NCBI GenBank assembly: GCA_964016885.1
Contig: OZ024743.1
Coordinates: forward strand, 171,430,001 to 171,494,000
Length of the DNA: 64,000 nucleotides
Direction of reading: 5' to 3'
Source: Eledone cirrhosa
Taxonomy: Eukaryota
Shown here in pieces: positions 1 through 10,680 of this stretch (its first letter is position 1; the number at the start of each line of letters is the position of its first letter). The notes beneath the pieces were generated by a model. That model did no database searches. It was not told the origin of the DNA and saw only the letters and a list, made by a program, of their open reading frames with translations. Both the position numbers and the translations under genes were made by a program.

Positions 1-605
1 ATGGTCTGTCAATGAATAAACCTGATTCTACAGAATTGGTCTCTGGTCTTTAATAGTAGTGATTCCGTGCGTATGTGTGTTTATATTTTATGACAATTCT
101 ATTGGGGTGATAACCTGTTTAGTTTTGGTTTAAATTTGTTAAGGAATAGATTTTCTTTGTTTATTCTTTGTTGCTGTGTGAACGAATCTGAGCACTTGTA
201 GAAGGGGAAGATTTTAAAGTTGGGTAGTGTCATTCCTGCGCAGTTCGCAATATGGCTGCTCAAGGGGATTTTTCTTGTGTTAGCGTCCCGGATTTGTTGG
301 CGGTGGATGGTCATTCTTTTGCGTAATGAGGTGCCCGTCTGTCCTATGTAGTTGTGTTTGCACCCACCGCAAGTTATTGCGTAAATCAAGTTCTCCGAGT
401 TGCAGGTGAAATTGTTTTTTACTGTAAATGTTTGGCCATCTTTGAATGTAAATGTTTGTCCTTCAGTGAGGTAGAGGCACGTTCCACAGTTTGTTCTACC
501 ACATTTGGTAACTGTAGGGTTGAGGATTGGTTTGGGTATATTTGGTCCAGTGAGAATGCGTTTAAGTGATTTGGGTTGTCTTTTACTTTTAAGGATCTTG
601 TGTGT
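1..605 (-). mobile_element. Inverted partial copy of the 3' end (GIY-YIG region plus start of pseudo-LTR) of the adjacent Neptune-type PLE; probably continues left of the window
   Basis: 1..605 is the reverse complement of 3493..4097 with only a few substitutions; ORF 99..764(-) repeats the C-terminus of ORF 1720..3999. Inverted 5' segments are typical of PLE insertions. Confidence 0.92.
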
Positions 606-669
606 ATGCAACTCCATCGAAAAACTTTTACTTTTAAGGATCTTGTGCGTATGCAACTCCATCGAAAAA
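580..669. repeat. 45-bp tandem duplication spanning the inversion junction
   Basis: CTTTTACTTTTAAGGATCTTGTGYGTATGCAACTCCATCGAAAAA at 580-624 and 625-669, one mismatch. Confidence 0.95.
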
Positions 670-907
670 CTTATGAATACCAACACAGAACAAACGACAT
701 TGCTCCATATCAAAAACCAAATGGGACACCTCTGGAAAAAACATCTAAAAACCAGAAAATTCACTTTCTGGAATATGATAAAAAAACCTCAACAAAGCTG
801 GAATTTACCAAAAATGGATTAACTCAACACCGATAGTTTTACCACGTAAATTCCAAATAAAGCATATTACAAACGAACCTGAACCAGAAAGAAAACTCCG
901 TGAACAA

Positions 908-1753
908 ATGTCACTCAACAGGATAAACATGGAAATAGAACTCCTAAAATTAAGGGCCACCTCAAACGAGCAAGAGTATAAGGATACTGATAAAAATATG
1001 GAGGAAGAATGCACTAAAAAGGCCGAGGGAACAACCCTACAAAATTTAATCAAATCGTGGAAACAGGACTGCGAGAATGCAGAAACTATTTCCCTTAAAC
1101 GGTGGGAAAAATCCGAAAACTGGTTCCTCAAATATGAAGAAGACTTTAAAAGGACGCACCAAACAGGTAACCCCTTTATAAAGCATTTGAACATAACAAG
1201 AACTACAACAGACATATTTACACCACCAAACCCAACACATACTAACCACAGGCACATCCCCCACCAACACAAACCAAATACGGCCAACTACACCAAAAGA
1301 AACACACCCAACCACCATAACACAGGTTTCCATAGAAATGCCCCCTACATAAACCAACGACGAAATAACATAGATCCAACTCACAACACACACACCACAT
1401 TCCTCAGAAGAAATCCACCCAGACCACTTGAAATCACAACAGAACTTACCCACAACCACACCAGACATCACCCTCAATCCAACAAAAGACAACCCCCCAG
1501 CCTCAACACTCTGTACCACAGAAATAACGCACCCAGACCACATGAACCAACAACAGAACCCTTGCTCATCAACAACCACAACACACACCACCCCCACCAT
1601 CACATTCACCCTCATGAAACAACAAGCTACAGACCCACACGCAACAGACCAACAAAATATAATCACACACAAAACTACATTCCTTTTTTAGGGAAAAGCC
1701 TGAAATACCAGGATACTCGATGCCCCCCCCCCCTCAGGAGAAACCAAAAATAA
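908..1753 (+). CDS. PLE upstream ORF (helical N-terminal domain plus His/Thr/Asn-rich low-complexity linker); frame stays open to ~779 and continues upstream across an A-run frameshift
   Basis: 281-aa ORF overlapping the RT ORF; ends ...IPFLG...PP; same-frame upstream peptide KNLNKAGIYQKWINSTPIVLPRKF. Confidence 0.6.
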   Translation: MSLNRINMEIELLKLRATSNEQEYKDTDKNMEEECTKKAEGTTLQNLIKSWKQDCENAETISLKRWEKSENWFLKYEEDFKRTHQTGNPFIKHLNITRTTTDIFTPPNPTHTNHRHIPHQHKPNTANYTKRNTPNHHNTGFHRNAPYINQRRNNIDPTHNTHTTFLRRNPPRPLEITTELTHNHTRHHPQSNKRQPPSLNTLYHRNNAPRPHEPTTEPLLINNHNTHHPHHHIHPHETTSYRPTRNRPTKYNHTQNYIPFLGKSLKYQDTRCPPPLRRNQK

Positions 1754-3999
1754 TCAACCTCTCAAAGACACCTCTAACCAACACACAAATCAACATCTTA
1801 AGTAAGGGCCTGAAATTTACACCTACACCACGTAAACCAAACTTCCCCGAAATGAAGGATGACATCAAGGAATACTGCCGAAAGCTGCGACTAACGGAAT
1901 TCTTCCACAACGACACCAACACTGAAGACGAATCACTGGTTAGAAATAAAAGCAATTTCTGCCCACAAAAGGGAAGAAATAAAGCACTGGACACGTACTG
2001 CGAACACATCACCAACTTTCCCTATGAAAAAATTACAAATAAACACACGAAATCAAACCTATCTACACACGAATGGGAAGAATTATTCACACTTAGAAAC
2101 AACCCTGAGATAACTATCAAAGAAGCCGATAAAGGCAGTACTGTTGTCATTATGAATACGGACTACTATAGGACCCTCGCACTTAACATTTTAGAAAACA
2201 ACACATACTATGAAAAAACAGAAAACTACAAACACACCAAAACAATGGGGAACCTTTTGACCTTACTGAATAAATACCGCAACAGCTTAACCACAAAAGA
2301 GTTTAACTATATAAGCCACTTCAAATGCAATACAAGCTCTTTTTACGGCTTACCGAAACTTCACAAATGTAAACCCATAAACGATGCATGTGACACCTCA
2401 ACCAACAATTACATTGAACTAACACCACCAGAAGACCTAAAACTCAGGCCAATTATAGCAGGCCCTACATGTGAAACCCACAGACTTAGCAACTTTCTGG
2501 ACATCCTACTGAAACCCTTTCTACAACATATACAGAGCTACATACGAGATGACCTTGACATGCTGAAACACCTCCCTAAAACAGTAAGTGCAAATACAAT
2601 TCTTATCTCCTTTGACGTAATAAACCTCTACACAAACATACCTCACAACTATGGAATAACAGCAGTCCAATACTGGCTTAACACACACCCATCAGAAATA
2701 CCGACACGCATCAACACAGATTTTATCACTGACGGACTCCGCTTTATCCTACAAAATAACTACTTCACATTCAATGGTTCAACATACAGACAAGTATCAG
2801 GTACGGCAATGGGCACGAAAGTAGCACCCACATATGCCAACCTAGTCATGGGATTCCATGAACAACAAATATACAGTCAGTCCCTTCTCTTATTTGGAGA
2901 CTCTTTCCACACACACCTCAAAGCCAATTGGAAAAGATATCTAGACGACTGCTTTATCCTATGGCAAGAAGACATGAACTCACTTACTACGTTTAAAAAC
3001 ATGATAAACAACATAGATAATAACATACAATTCACAATGGAATCCAATCCTAAGGAATTAGCCTTCTTGGATATTCTCATCTCTGTAATAGACGGGAAAT
3101 TAGATACAGATATATTCTATAAACCCACAGATTCCAAGCAATACCTCTTTTTCACATCAAGTCACCCAAAACATACAAAACTTAACATTCCTTACAATTT
3201 GGCCAAACGTATATGTACCATAGTATCAGATCCACCTAAACGGGAGCAAAGACTAAAGGAACTAAAAGACACCCTTATCTTAAGAGCCTTTCCACTTGAA
3301 ATAATCAACAATGGAATAGACAGGGAAAAACACATAAATCCCCATCAACTTAACAATCCAAAACAGAAAACCACACTCAACACCCTGCCATATGTATCCA
3401 CTTTCAACCCCAGAAATATCGAAATGTTTGATCACCTACACAAAAACCTCCCCATCCTACTTAAAGATGTAAAAATGAAGTCTATTCTTGAAACACACAA
3501 GATCCTTAAAAGTAAAAGACAACCCAAATCACTTAAACGCATTCTCACTGGACCAAATATACCTAAACCAATCCTCAACCCTACAGTTACCAAATGTGGT
3601 AGAACAAACTGTGGAACGTGCCTCTACCTCACTGAAGGACAAACATTTACATTCAAAGATGGCCAAACATTTACAGTAAAAAACAATTTCACCTGCAACT
3701 CGGAGAACTTGATTTACGCAATAACTTGCGGTGGGTGCAAACACAACTACATAGGACAGACGGGCACCTCATTACGCAAAAGAATGACCATCCACCGCCA
3801 ACAAATCCGGGACGCTAACACAAGAAAAATCCCCTTGAGCAGCGATATTGCGAACTGCGCAGGAATGACACTACCCAACTTTAAAATCTTCCCCTTCTAC
3901 AAGTGCTCAGATTCGTTCACACAGCAACAAAGAATAAACAAAGAAAATCTATTCCTTAACAAATTTAAACCAAAACTAAACGGGTTATCACCCCAATAG
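1720..3999 (+). CDS. PLE reverse transcriptase with C-terminal GIY-YIG endonuclease (Neptune type)
   Basis: IINLS..LSKGLKF, ADKG, FYGLPKLHK, RPIIA, SFDVINLYTNIP, GTAMGT, RYLDD, FLDI, YKPTD; linker CGRTNCGTC; LIYAITC..C..YIGQT..R..H. Confidence 0.95.
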   Translation: MPPPPQEKPKIINLSKTPLTNTQINILSKGLKFTPTPRKPNFPEMKDDIKEYCRKLRLTEFFHNDTNTEDESLVRNKSNFCPQKGRNKALDTYCEHITNFPYEKITNKHTKSNLSTHEWEELFTLRNNPEITIKEADKGSTVVIMNTDYYRTLALNILENNTYYEKTENYKHTKTMGNLLTLLNKYRNSLTTKEFNYISHFKCNTSSFYGLPKLHKCKPINDACDTSTNNYIELTPPEDLKLRPIIAGPTCETHRLSNFLDILLKPFLQHIQSYIRDDLDMLKHLPKTVSANTILISFDVINLYTNIPHNYGITAVQYWLNTHPSEIPTRINTDFITDGLRFILQNNYFTFNGSTYRQVSGTAMGTKVAPTYANLVMGFHEQQIYSQSLLLFGDSFHTHLKANWKRYLDDCFILWQEDMNSLTTFKNMINNIDNNIQFTMESNPKELAFLDILISVIDGKLDTDIFYKPTDSKQYLFFTSSHPKHTKLNIPYNLAKRICTIVSDPPKREQRLKELKDTLILRAFPLEIINNGIDREKHINPHQLNNPKQKTTLNTLPYVSTFNPRNIEMFDHLHKNLPILLKDVKMKSILETHKILKSKRQPKSLKRILTGPNIPKPILNPTVTKCGRTNCGTCLYLTEGQTFTFKDGQTFTVKNNFTCNSENLIYAITCGGCKHNYIGQTGTSLRKRMTIHRQQIRDANTRKIPLSSDIANCAGMTLPNFKIFPFYKCSDSFTQQQRINKENLFLNKFKPKLNGLSPQ

Positions 4000-4282
4000 A
4001 ATTGTCATAAAATATAAACACACATACGCACGGAATCACTACTATTAAAGACCAGAGACCAATTCTGTAGAATCAGGTTTATTCATTGACAGACCATGCC
4101 TTTGTGTGACCAACACATCCATGTTAAACCCTGCACGTGCACACACATATATCTATATATATATGCGCACACAGAATTCACCACTGTCGGTTGCGGGGCC
4201 CAATCTACATGAAGAACTCAATGTGATCAGAATGACCTGTATTTTAATTTCACTGCCCCAACTTCTTATATTATGGAAAAAA

Positions 4283-4577
4283 TATATGTGTCTGTATGTA
4301 TATATATATATATATATATATTTGAAGGCCATTTCTCTGTGTGTGGGTGTATGTATGTGTATATGTGTGTGTGTGTGTATGTATGTGCATGTGGATGTAT
4401 GTATTGTGTGTGCGTGTGTGTGTGTATGTATGTGGGTATCTGGATGTATGCGTATGTGTATATATATATATATATGCGTGTGTGTGTGTGTGTGTGTATA
4501 TATGTGTGTGTATGTGTGTATATATATGTGTGTGTGTGTGTGTATGTTTGTATGTGTGTATGTATATATATATGTGG

Positions 4578-4663
<86 letters not shown>

Positions 4664-4702
4664 ATGTATGTGTGTATCTGGATGTATGTGTATGTATATA
4701 TA

Positions 4703-4755
<53 letters not shown>

Positions 4756-4896
4756 ATGTGTATATATGTGTGTGTGTGTATGTGTGTATGTATATGTATG
4801 TGTGTGTGTATGTATGTGTGTATATGTATATATATATATATATATATGTATATGTATATGTATGTATGTGTGGATGAAGGTATGTGTGTATATATA
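4283..4896. repeat. Compound (TG)n/(TA)n/(TATG)n microsatellite inside the PLE pseudo-LTR
   Basis: Directly visible; source of spurious YI/CV/HT ORFs. Confidence 0.97.
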
Positions 4897-5214
4897 GGTG
4901 TAAGTGCACTAAATCCCTTTCTATCACGCTCCACTCTCCTACCCATCACAGGAAGATATGTGTATGTATATTGCTTCCACCCCCTCACTGACCAGCAGCT
5001 GGCCAGTTGGTGATTGCTAAATCTGACCTTTATAAAATAACCCACACCCCAAATAACTTCTCATTCACTACCAGAAAGGGACACAGCAGTCAACCTGTTG
5101 TTGCTACCTAGATGAAAACTGCTATGAAATCCCACAATGAATTTTATACTTGAATTTTCAAGTTTCAAATTTTAACTCTCCGTATTATTAATTTTTCTTA
5201 ATATTAATCAACAT

Positions 5215-5252
5215 TTGAAAAGATGGCTTTTGCAGACCCATCGAAACCGGTC
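5215..5252 (+). ncRNA. Degenerate minimal hammerhead ribozyme
   Basis: TTGAAAA (mutated CUGANGA), stem II GATGG/CCATC, GAAA-CCGG-TC with palindromic stem III ACCGGT. Confidence 0.5.
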
Positions 5253-5354
5253 ATTTTTTATACCCTTTATTATTTCCTTACCTTATAAAATTATGTTTTT
5301 TCACAAAAAAGTATTCTGTCTCTTATATATTCCATGTGCCATTACCAACCTCAA

Positions 5355-5404
<50 letters not shown>

Positions 5405-5914
5405 CGATATCCACGATATGGTGGAGAAGAGAAGAACCAACCACGAGCTACACCAGGAAATTCCCTCTACTATGGGGATGGAAACCCCTGACACTGAACG
5501 GACATAATAATAACTTTCGGCAGGATAAATACGCGGAAACAAAAACTAAGATAAACCCCTATTTTCCTGCACCAAATTGCATTTGAACAGAAGCCCCCTC
5601 AATTCAATCTATACATGGACAAATTGACAATCATATGGATCATTTTGCATATATGTACTCTGTGGTTTTGCATTTATTCATTATTGGTTCTTTTCTTTTG
5701 TGTACATTATATCTGTTTTTTAGGGGGTTTTGTTCCATGTGATGGAAATTATGACTATGTACCCGATTGACTATTGACTTTCATACTGTAATTTACCCTC
5801 TTTCTGGTGTACGGCAATATGTGGATAGTGTAGATGCGACTATATGTTTTTTTGCTCACCTCAATCCGGATTCTCACTTGAAACATTTTTTAATTTCTAA
5901 TTGTTAATTTTTTA

Positions 5915-6013
5915 ATTTTTTAATTTATAATTTCTGATATTTAATTTAGGATTTTCGATTTTTTAATTTTTTAATTTATAATTTCTGATATTTAATTTAG
6001 GATTTTCGATTTT
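5915..6013. repeat. ~50-bp AT-rich tandem duplication
   Basis: TTTTAATTTATAATTTCTGATATTTAATTTAGGATTTTCGATTTT occurs twice in succession. Confidence 0.85.
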
Positions 6014-6437
6014 AAATTTTAATTCTTATTTCCAACTCTCACTCATAACTTCCAATGTAAAACCATAATACCTAGAATTAAGTATATTTTCTGTTAGGGG
6101 TTGATGGTCAGTTGTATTGTCCATGCTTGGTGAGAGATAGTATTGTAACCTGTAAATACTAACACTCTGACTTTCGGCTGACTGCCACAGACGGGATGGG
6201 TAGCAGTGAACTAAGGTACAGGCCTGAATGGGTCATTGTTTGGCTGAGAGGGGGAACTGACTAAGCGAATTTCGTTGAAATCTGCGGTGGCTAATGGTCA
6301 ACTTCTTTCGGACATGCGACTGCGCAGACCGGTGGGGTTGAATTGGTACTCACAGGGGAGCGGATGAAGAACCCAAAAGCACACACTTCTCCGTTCAATT
6401 TGGATTGCCTCGGAAACATAACCTTATTATGTAAAAA

Positions 6438-6511
6438 GCTGTCTGACGATGTCGCGACACTCGCACACAGAACAGTATGGCCAGTGTCGTCATTGAAATA
6501 TATATCACAGC
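6438..6511 (+). ncRNA. Type I minimal hammerhead ribozyme in a probable PLE pseudo-LTR remnant (~5405-6640, bounded by TA tracts)
   Basis: Stem I GCTGT/ACAGC, CTGACGA, long stem II with CGACACT/AGTGTCG, GAAA, palindromic stem III ATATATAT, AUC cleavage triplet. Confidence 0.8.
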
Positions 6512-6638
6512 ATTATTATTAAAAGACTTGAACATCTGAAACTACTTCGCTTTTCCTTATTCGATATTTACTCCGTCACTCCTATGTGGAAAAAGTACGT
6601 TGAGTGCTTAAATTGAATTGCATCAATGTTTACCCTAA

Positions 6639-6690
<52 letters not shown>

Positions 6691-6793
6691 AATGAGTTAA
6701 TGACTTAGTTGATATGTAATCAACTGACTTATGTGAATAACAGATACGAAGCACTCTACAAGAAATATTTATCTGGAGTATTATGATAATATT

Positions 6794-6970
6794 AGTAATA
6801 AACGAAAGATATATACTTTATATTATCACTGATCTATCAAGATCGATGATGCTGTTGTATCATGAATAATTGAACATCTCATATGTATTTTATCTGATGA
6901 GGGCATCCCCGAAATATATATAATGAAATAAATAGTGATGATATAAAGTATATATCTTTCGTTTATTATT
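6794..6970. mobile_element. Short inverted-repeat PLE-derived element enclosing an HHR
   Basis: ~37-bp arms 6794-6830 and 6934-6970 are reverse complements. Confidence 0.75.
6886..6930 (+). ncRNA. Type I minimal hammerhead ribozyme
   Basis: TATTTTAT-CTGATGA-GGG CATC CCC-GAAA-TATATA-TA^ATGAAATA; canonical core, all three stems. Confidence 0.88.
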
Positions 6971-6979
6971 ATTATTATA

Positions 6980-7156
6980 TTGGCAGTATCGGTAGAGTGT
7001 CGGACGCCATGCTTTGCAGCACAGTTACGTCCCTTTACGGACTGAGTTCAAATCCCGCCGAGGTTAACTTTGCCTTTCATCCTTATGGGGTCGATAAAAT
7101 AAAGTACCAGTAATACACTGGGATAATTGCTAGCCTTGTGCCAAAAGTAGTAACAA
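6980..7156 (+). mobile_element. tRNA-derived SINE (MetaSINE-like central domain) with (TTA)n tail
   Basis: A box TGGCAGTATCGG, B box GAGTTCAAATCC, GCCTTTCATCCTTATGGGGTCGATAAAAT..GTACCAG domain; four copies in the window. Confidence 0.85.
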
Positions 7157-7176
7157 TTATTATTATTATTATTATT

Positions 7177-7660
7177 GTTCTTTGAGTCTCTGTCATTGAT
7201 GTTAGTTAACAGGAAAGTTTGTTGAAATGAATATCAAGCCACTACCTGCAGCCTCAGATATTCAGGACGTATCGGAGGGTTTTTGCTGTTCCCAGCAAGC
7301 GTTCCGAAAAGCGGGGCGGGGCCAATTTTCTTTAACCATCCCTGGAAACTTTTTGAGATAGTACCTAGTGCGCCTATGACAATCGGGACCACTTTGACTT
7401 CATGGCAGTTCCAAATCCTTTTTACCTCCCACTTTAAGTCCTGGTATCGGTTAATTTTCTCCCTCTCCTTCTCTCGCACTCTCGTGTCAGATGGGCAGGC
7501 CACATCCACAATCAGGCACGATCTTTTTTCCTGTCCAAAACCACCAGGTCAGGTCTATTGTGTTCCAGTTTCTTGTCCGTCTGTATCCTAAAATCCCACA
7601 GCAGCTTCACCTGATCGTTTTCTATCACCGCCTCTGGCTTATGCTCATACCACTTCTCAT
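7177..7660 (-). mobile_element. R4/Dong-clade LINE 3' fragment (restriction-like endonuclease plus 3' UTR)
   Basis: DVACP..EKINRYQDL..W..VPIVIGALG; 3' UTR matches 25210-25290; abuts the (TAA)n tract. Confidence 0.85.
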
Positions 7661-7670
7661 TATTATTATT

Positions 7671-7853
7671 GGTGGATTGGCAATATCGGTAAAGGGTCGG
7701 ACGTCATGCTTTCCAGCATAGTTATGTCCCTTTACAATCTGAGTTCAAATCCCGCCGAGGTCGACTTTGCCTTTCATCCTTACGGGGTCGATAAAATAAA
7801 GTACCAGTAATACACTGGTTAATTGCTGGCTTTGTGCCTAACGTAGAAACAAT
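7671..7853 (+). mobile_element. tRNA-derived SINE, second copy
   Basis: Aligns by eye with 6980-7156; A/B boxes; TTA tail. Confidence 0.85.
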
Positions 7854-7872
7854 TATTATTATTATTATTATT

Positions 7873-10659
7873 GGCGACCTACGTAGCTCCGCAAAGGTTT
7901 GTTGTTTCAATTGTTTCAAATTGCCAGTTATGTAAAATTTTTGTTGTTAAATGTTTATAAGTTCACATATATTGCTTTCTGAAAAGGACGCAAAAAATAT
8001 TGGGGCCTTGAGCCCAAAACTTAAACATTTATTTATCAAATATTTCTTTAAAAAAAAAACATGGACGACAAATTTACTGTTTTTAACAGACCAACAACCC
8101 CTCCCCCAACACCACCAACACCAACACCATTGTAAGCCTTGCTACGGTTCCCAACACCAGCGCCTACACCAAAAATTCCCCAAAGACATCGGAGACTTCC
8201 GACAAACACTCTCCAGGAGGATTTATAAGGATATCCTTCCTGAGGAGGCCACAAGCAGTGAAAAGGATGGAGAAACCATTCTTCTTCTACGAGAAGTAAG
8301 GTAAGTGGTCTTTCCCATCTTTCTCCATTTCAACATGACCTCACTCAGAATAGGCAGCATAAATGCGCGTGGCTTGGGGTCGTCATGGAAGCTGGGCCGC
8401 CTGCTGAACGACCTCAGGTCACTAAACATAGATGTAGTGGCCATCAGCGAAACCAGAATCTCCGAAGAACGGGCCTTCGCACCGATCTTCTGTGGCTACG
8501 ATGTGTACGCATCTCCCAGCCGTCCGGGATTGGGGGGAGGAGTTGCTGTGCTTTTTCGGAGAGGTTTCGATCTTGCCATACGGGCCAACTTCCTGGACCC
8601 AGAAGGTAAGTTGGTGGTGCTGGACGTGACCAGCGGAGACGGGCAAGCTTTCAGGTTAGTGGCCGTCTATGCTCCGACAGGAGCAGGGCGGCCTGATTTC
8701 TTCCGGCGTCTGGAGACCTTTCTTGGAACGTCCCGCTCTTTAGTGTTAGTGGGCGACTGGAACTGGATCTTTGATGCACGCTGGGATAGGGGAGGAGGGT
8801 GCAAGAGCCTCACCAACCTGCTCAGGCGTTTTGAACTGTCTGACAGGTACCGATTGGATTTCCCGAATGTGCCAATGTGGACTTGGACAAACCGCATAGG
8901 GTCATCCAGATCATATCTAGATAGAGTATTTTGTAGGGAAATAGATAGGTCTATCATAGGCTGTCCACAATTCAAGATAGTCAGCTACACGGACCACACA
9001 TTCGTGATTTGTGTGCTTGACTACAGAGCGTGCAAGGCCTACAGAGACCGGATTAGCGAACTAGTTAAGCGGGCGTTGATGGAGGCCATCGTCAACAAGT
9101 GGTGGTTTGCTCTGAAAAGAGCAATTAGAATAGAGTCCATTAGATTTAGTAAGGCTTTAGCAATAGAGAAAAATAGAGCAGAGGGAGAACTAGTTAGAAA
9201 ATTAGACGAGGCGCTTAGCAAAGGCATCGCGACCGAACAATTCTTCAATGCAAAGCATGAAGGCTGTGTTGTCAGAGCTAGGGTGCGTGCTCTCAGACAC
9301 GAGGGGACGGAAGCCGTTCAATAGGCCCGAGTGGCGGAGGCGCATCGTGGCAACAAAGCCACGATCCGGTCTTTGGTGGACCACGATGGGCGCATGCTTC
9401 TCGATCCCGGGCAAATGTGTGAAGCTTTTCAGCGACACTTCGTTCAGCTGTTCGGGGGCAGCGGCGGGCCGGATCGAGGGATGGACTTTAGTGTCTACCT
9501 CGACGGACTGCCGCGGCTCTGGGCCACTGAGACGGAGTGTTGCGAAAAGGGCTGGGCATGCCGTGGCTGATGATGCGCAGACACGCACTCAGACTACGAC
9601 ATCTCCACCTCTTCCTCGACGGTGATCAGGTGTGGTCGCCGTTTGCTAGACGCGTCTTTCCCCAGCTCATCTCCTTGACCGAGCTGCAGTCCTGGGTCAA
9701 GCGAAGACCGAGAGGGAGCGCTTGGAGACTGGAATGTCTTCAGGCGCTCACAGCCCTCGACCAATCGGGCAATGTGATCGGTGGAAACTCCATCTCGGCG
9801 TTCTATAGAGGATTAGTGGAGGGGAAGAGCGGCGACGTACTTGGGGAAACTCTAGGCGTCGACGAAAATCAACTAGCCAATCTCTTCGGAAGAACTTTCG
9901 GGTCGGGGCCTATGGACAACTTCCAGAAATCCCTGGCCTGGCAGTGCTACCGAGGAGCTTTGCCACTTCGGGATAAACTCTACAGGCATGGAGGTGCCGT
10001 CAGCCGGGCATGTGGACATGCGCGCAGGGCGACGAAACCGTCCAGTGTCCGAGCATGCTGACTTGTCGGTTTATGTGGAACACCTGCTGTCGCATGTAGG
10101 ACGGATCCAGCTATCAGCTGAGTCAATAGTGAGGATTGCACCGCCCCCTTCCTTTAGCCGGGAAGGGCAGGCAGTTTTTATCTGTCTGGTGGCCATGGTG
10201 AAAGAGATAGTATGGTGGACACGTTTGAAAGGGCTGAAGACGAGCACTTACCTCTTCGGTGATGCTCTGATTAACCTTTCCAAATTTAATTTGAAAAGGA
10301 AAATCAGGATAGAGAGGGAAGTGCTCTATTACCAGCATTTTGTTGAAAGATGGGTGAGAGAGGCAAGAATGGCCCGAGTGAATGGGCCTACTCTGAGTAT
10401 GTGTCTGTAAATTAAATGTGGAAAACTGGGAGAGGGCACTTGCCCTGGTGGTCAGGGTTACTGTGGCTTTTTAATGGGCTTTGTCCACGAATGTCCCTCG
10501 GAAGTCTCCCCCTATTGGGGAATTTTTTCATTGTTCTATTATTACATCCTCTGTTTTTGTTTTTTTACACGCAGAAATGCCCTTTTGTACCGTCATGTAT
10601 TGTCCTGTACTGTCCTTAATGTCTACTTTGTGTAAACCCTTGCGGTTAATAAAGAAAGC
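7873..10659 (+). mobile_element. Tx1/L1-clade LINE copy A (type-B 5' end); most of ORF1 and the RT domain deleted
   Basis: Starts GGCGACCTACGTAG like copy B; APE region 8335-9324; at ~9549 jumps from sequence equivalent to ~22788 to ~24016 of copy D; full 3' UTR and TTA tail. Confidence 0.9.
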
Positions 10660-10680
10660 ATTATTATTATTATTATTATT

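Larger units (their letters stand above)
606..5345 (+). mobile_element. Penelope-like retroelement, Neptune type, 5'-truncated, with microsatellite-rich pseudo-LTR
   Basis: Upstream ORF, then RT-GIY-YIG ORF, then 3' non-coding region with a degenerate HHR near 5215; ends before the (CT)n(TA)n tract. 3' boundary approximate. Confidence 0.85.

Noticed and set aside
1167-1691. Intron (CAG|GTAAC ... TTTTTTAG|G) fusing the PLE ORFs
   Set aside because: This splice returns to the upstream frame and still stops at 1753, so it does not reach the RT frame; another donor cannot be excluded.
1-4097. DNA transposon with 605-bp terminal inverted repeats
   Set aside because: The repeat is coding GIY-YIG sequence of an RT element with no transposase; it fits a PLE inversion.
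4106-5045. Long YI/CV/HT-rich ORFs here and near 33781, 37348, 40167, 53392, 58172 and 63416
   Set aside because: Translations of stop-poor di- and tetranucleotide microsatellites.
6980-7060. tRNA genes at SINE heads (also 59157)
   Set aside because: A/B boxes are present but no full cloverleaf is evident, and each continues into a repeated SINE body.
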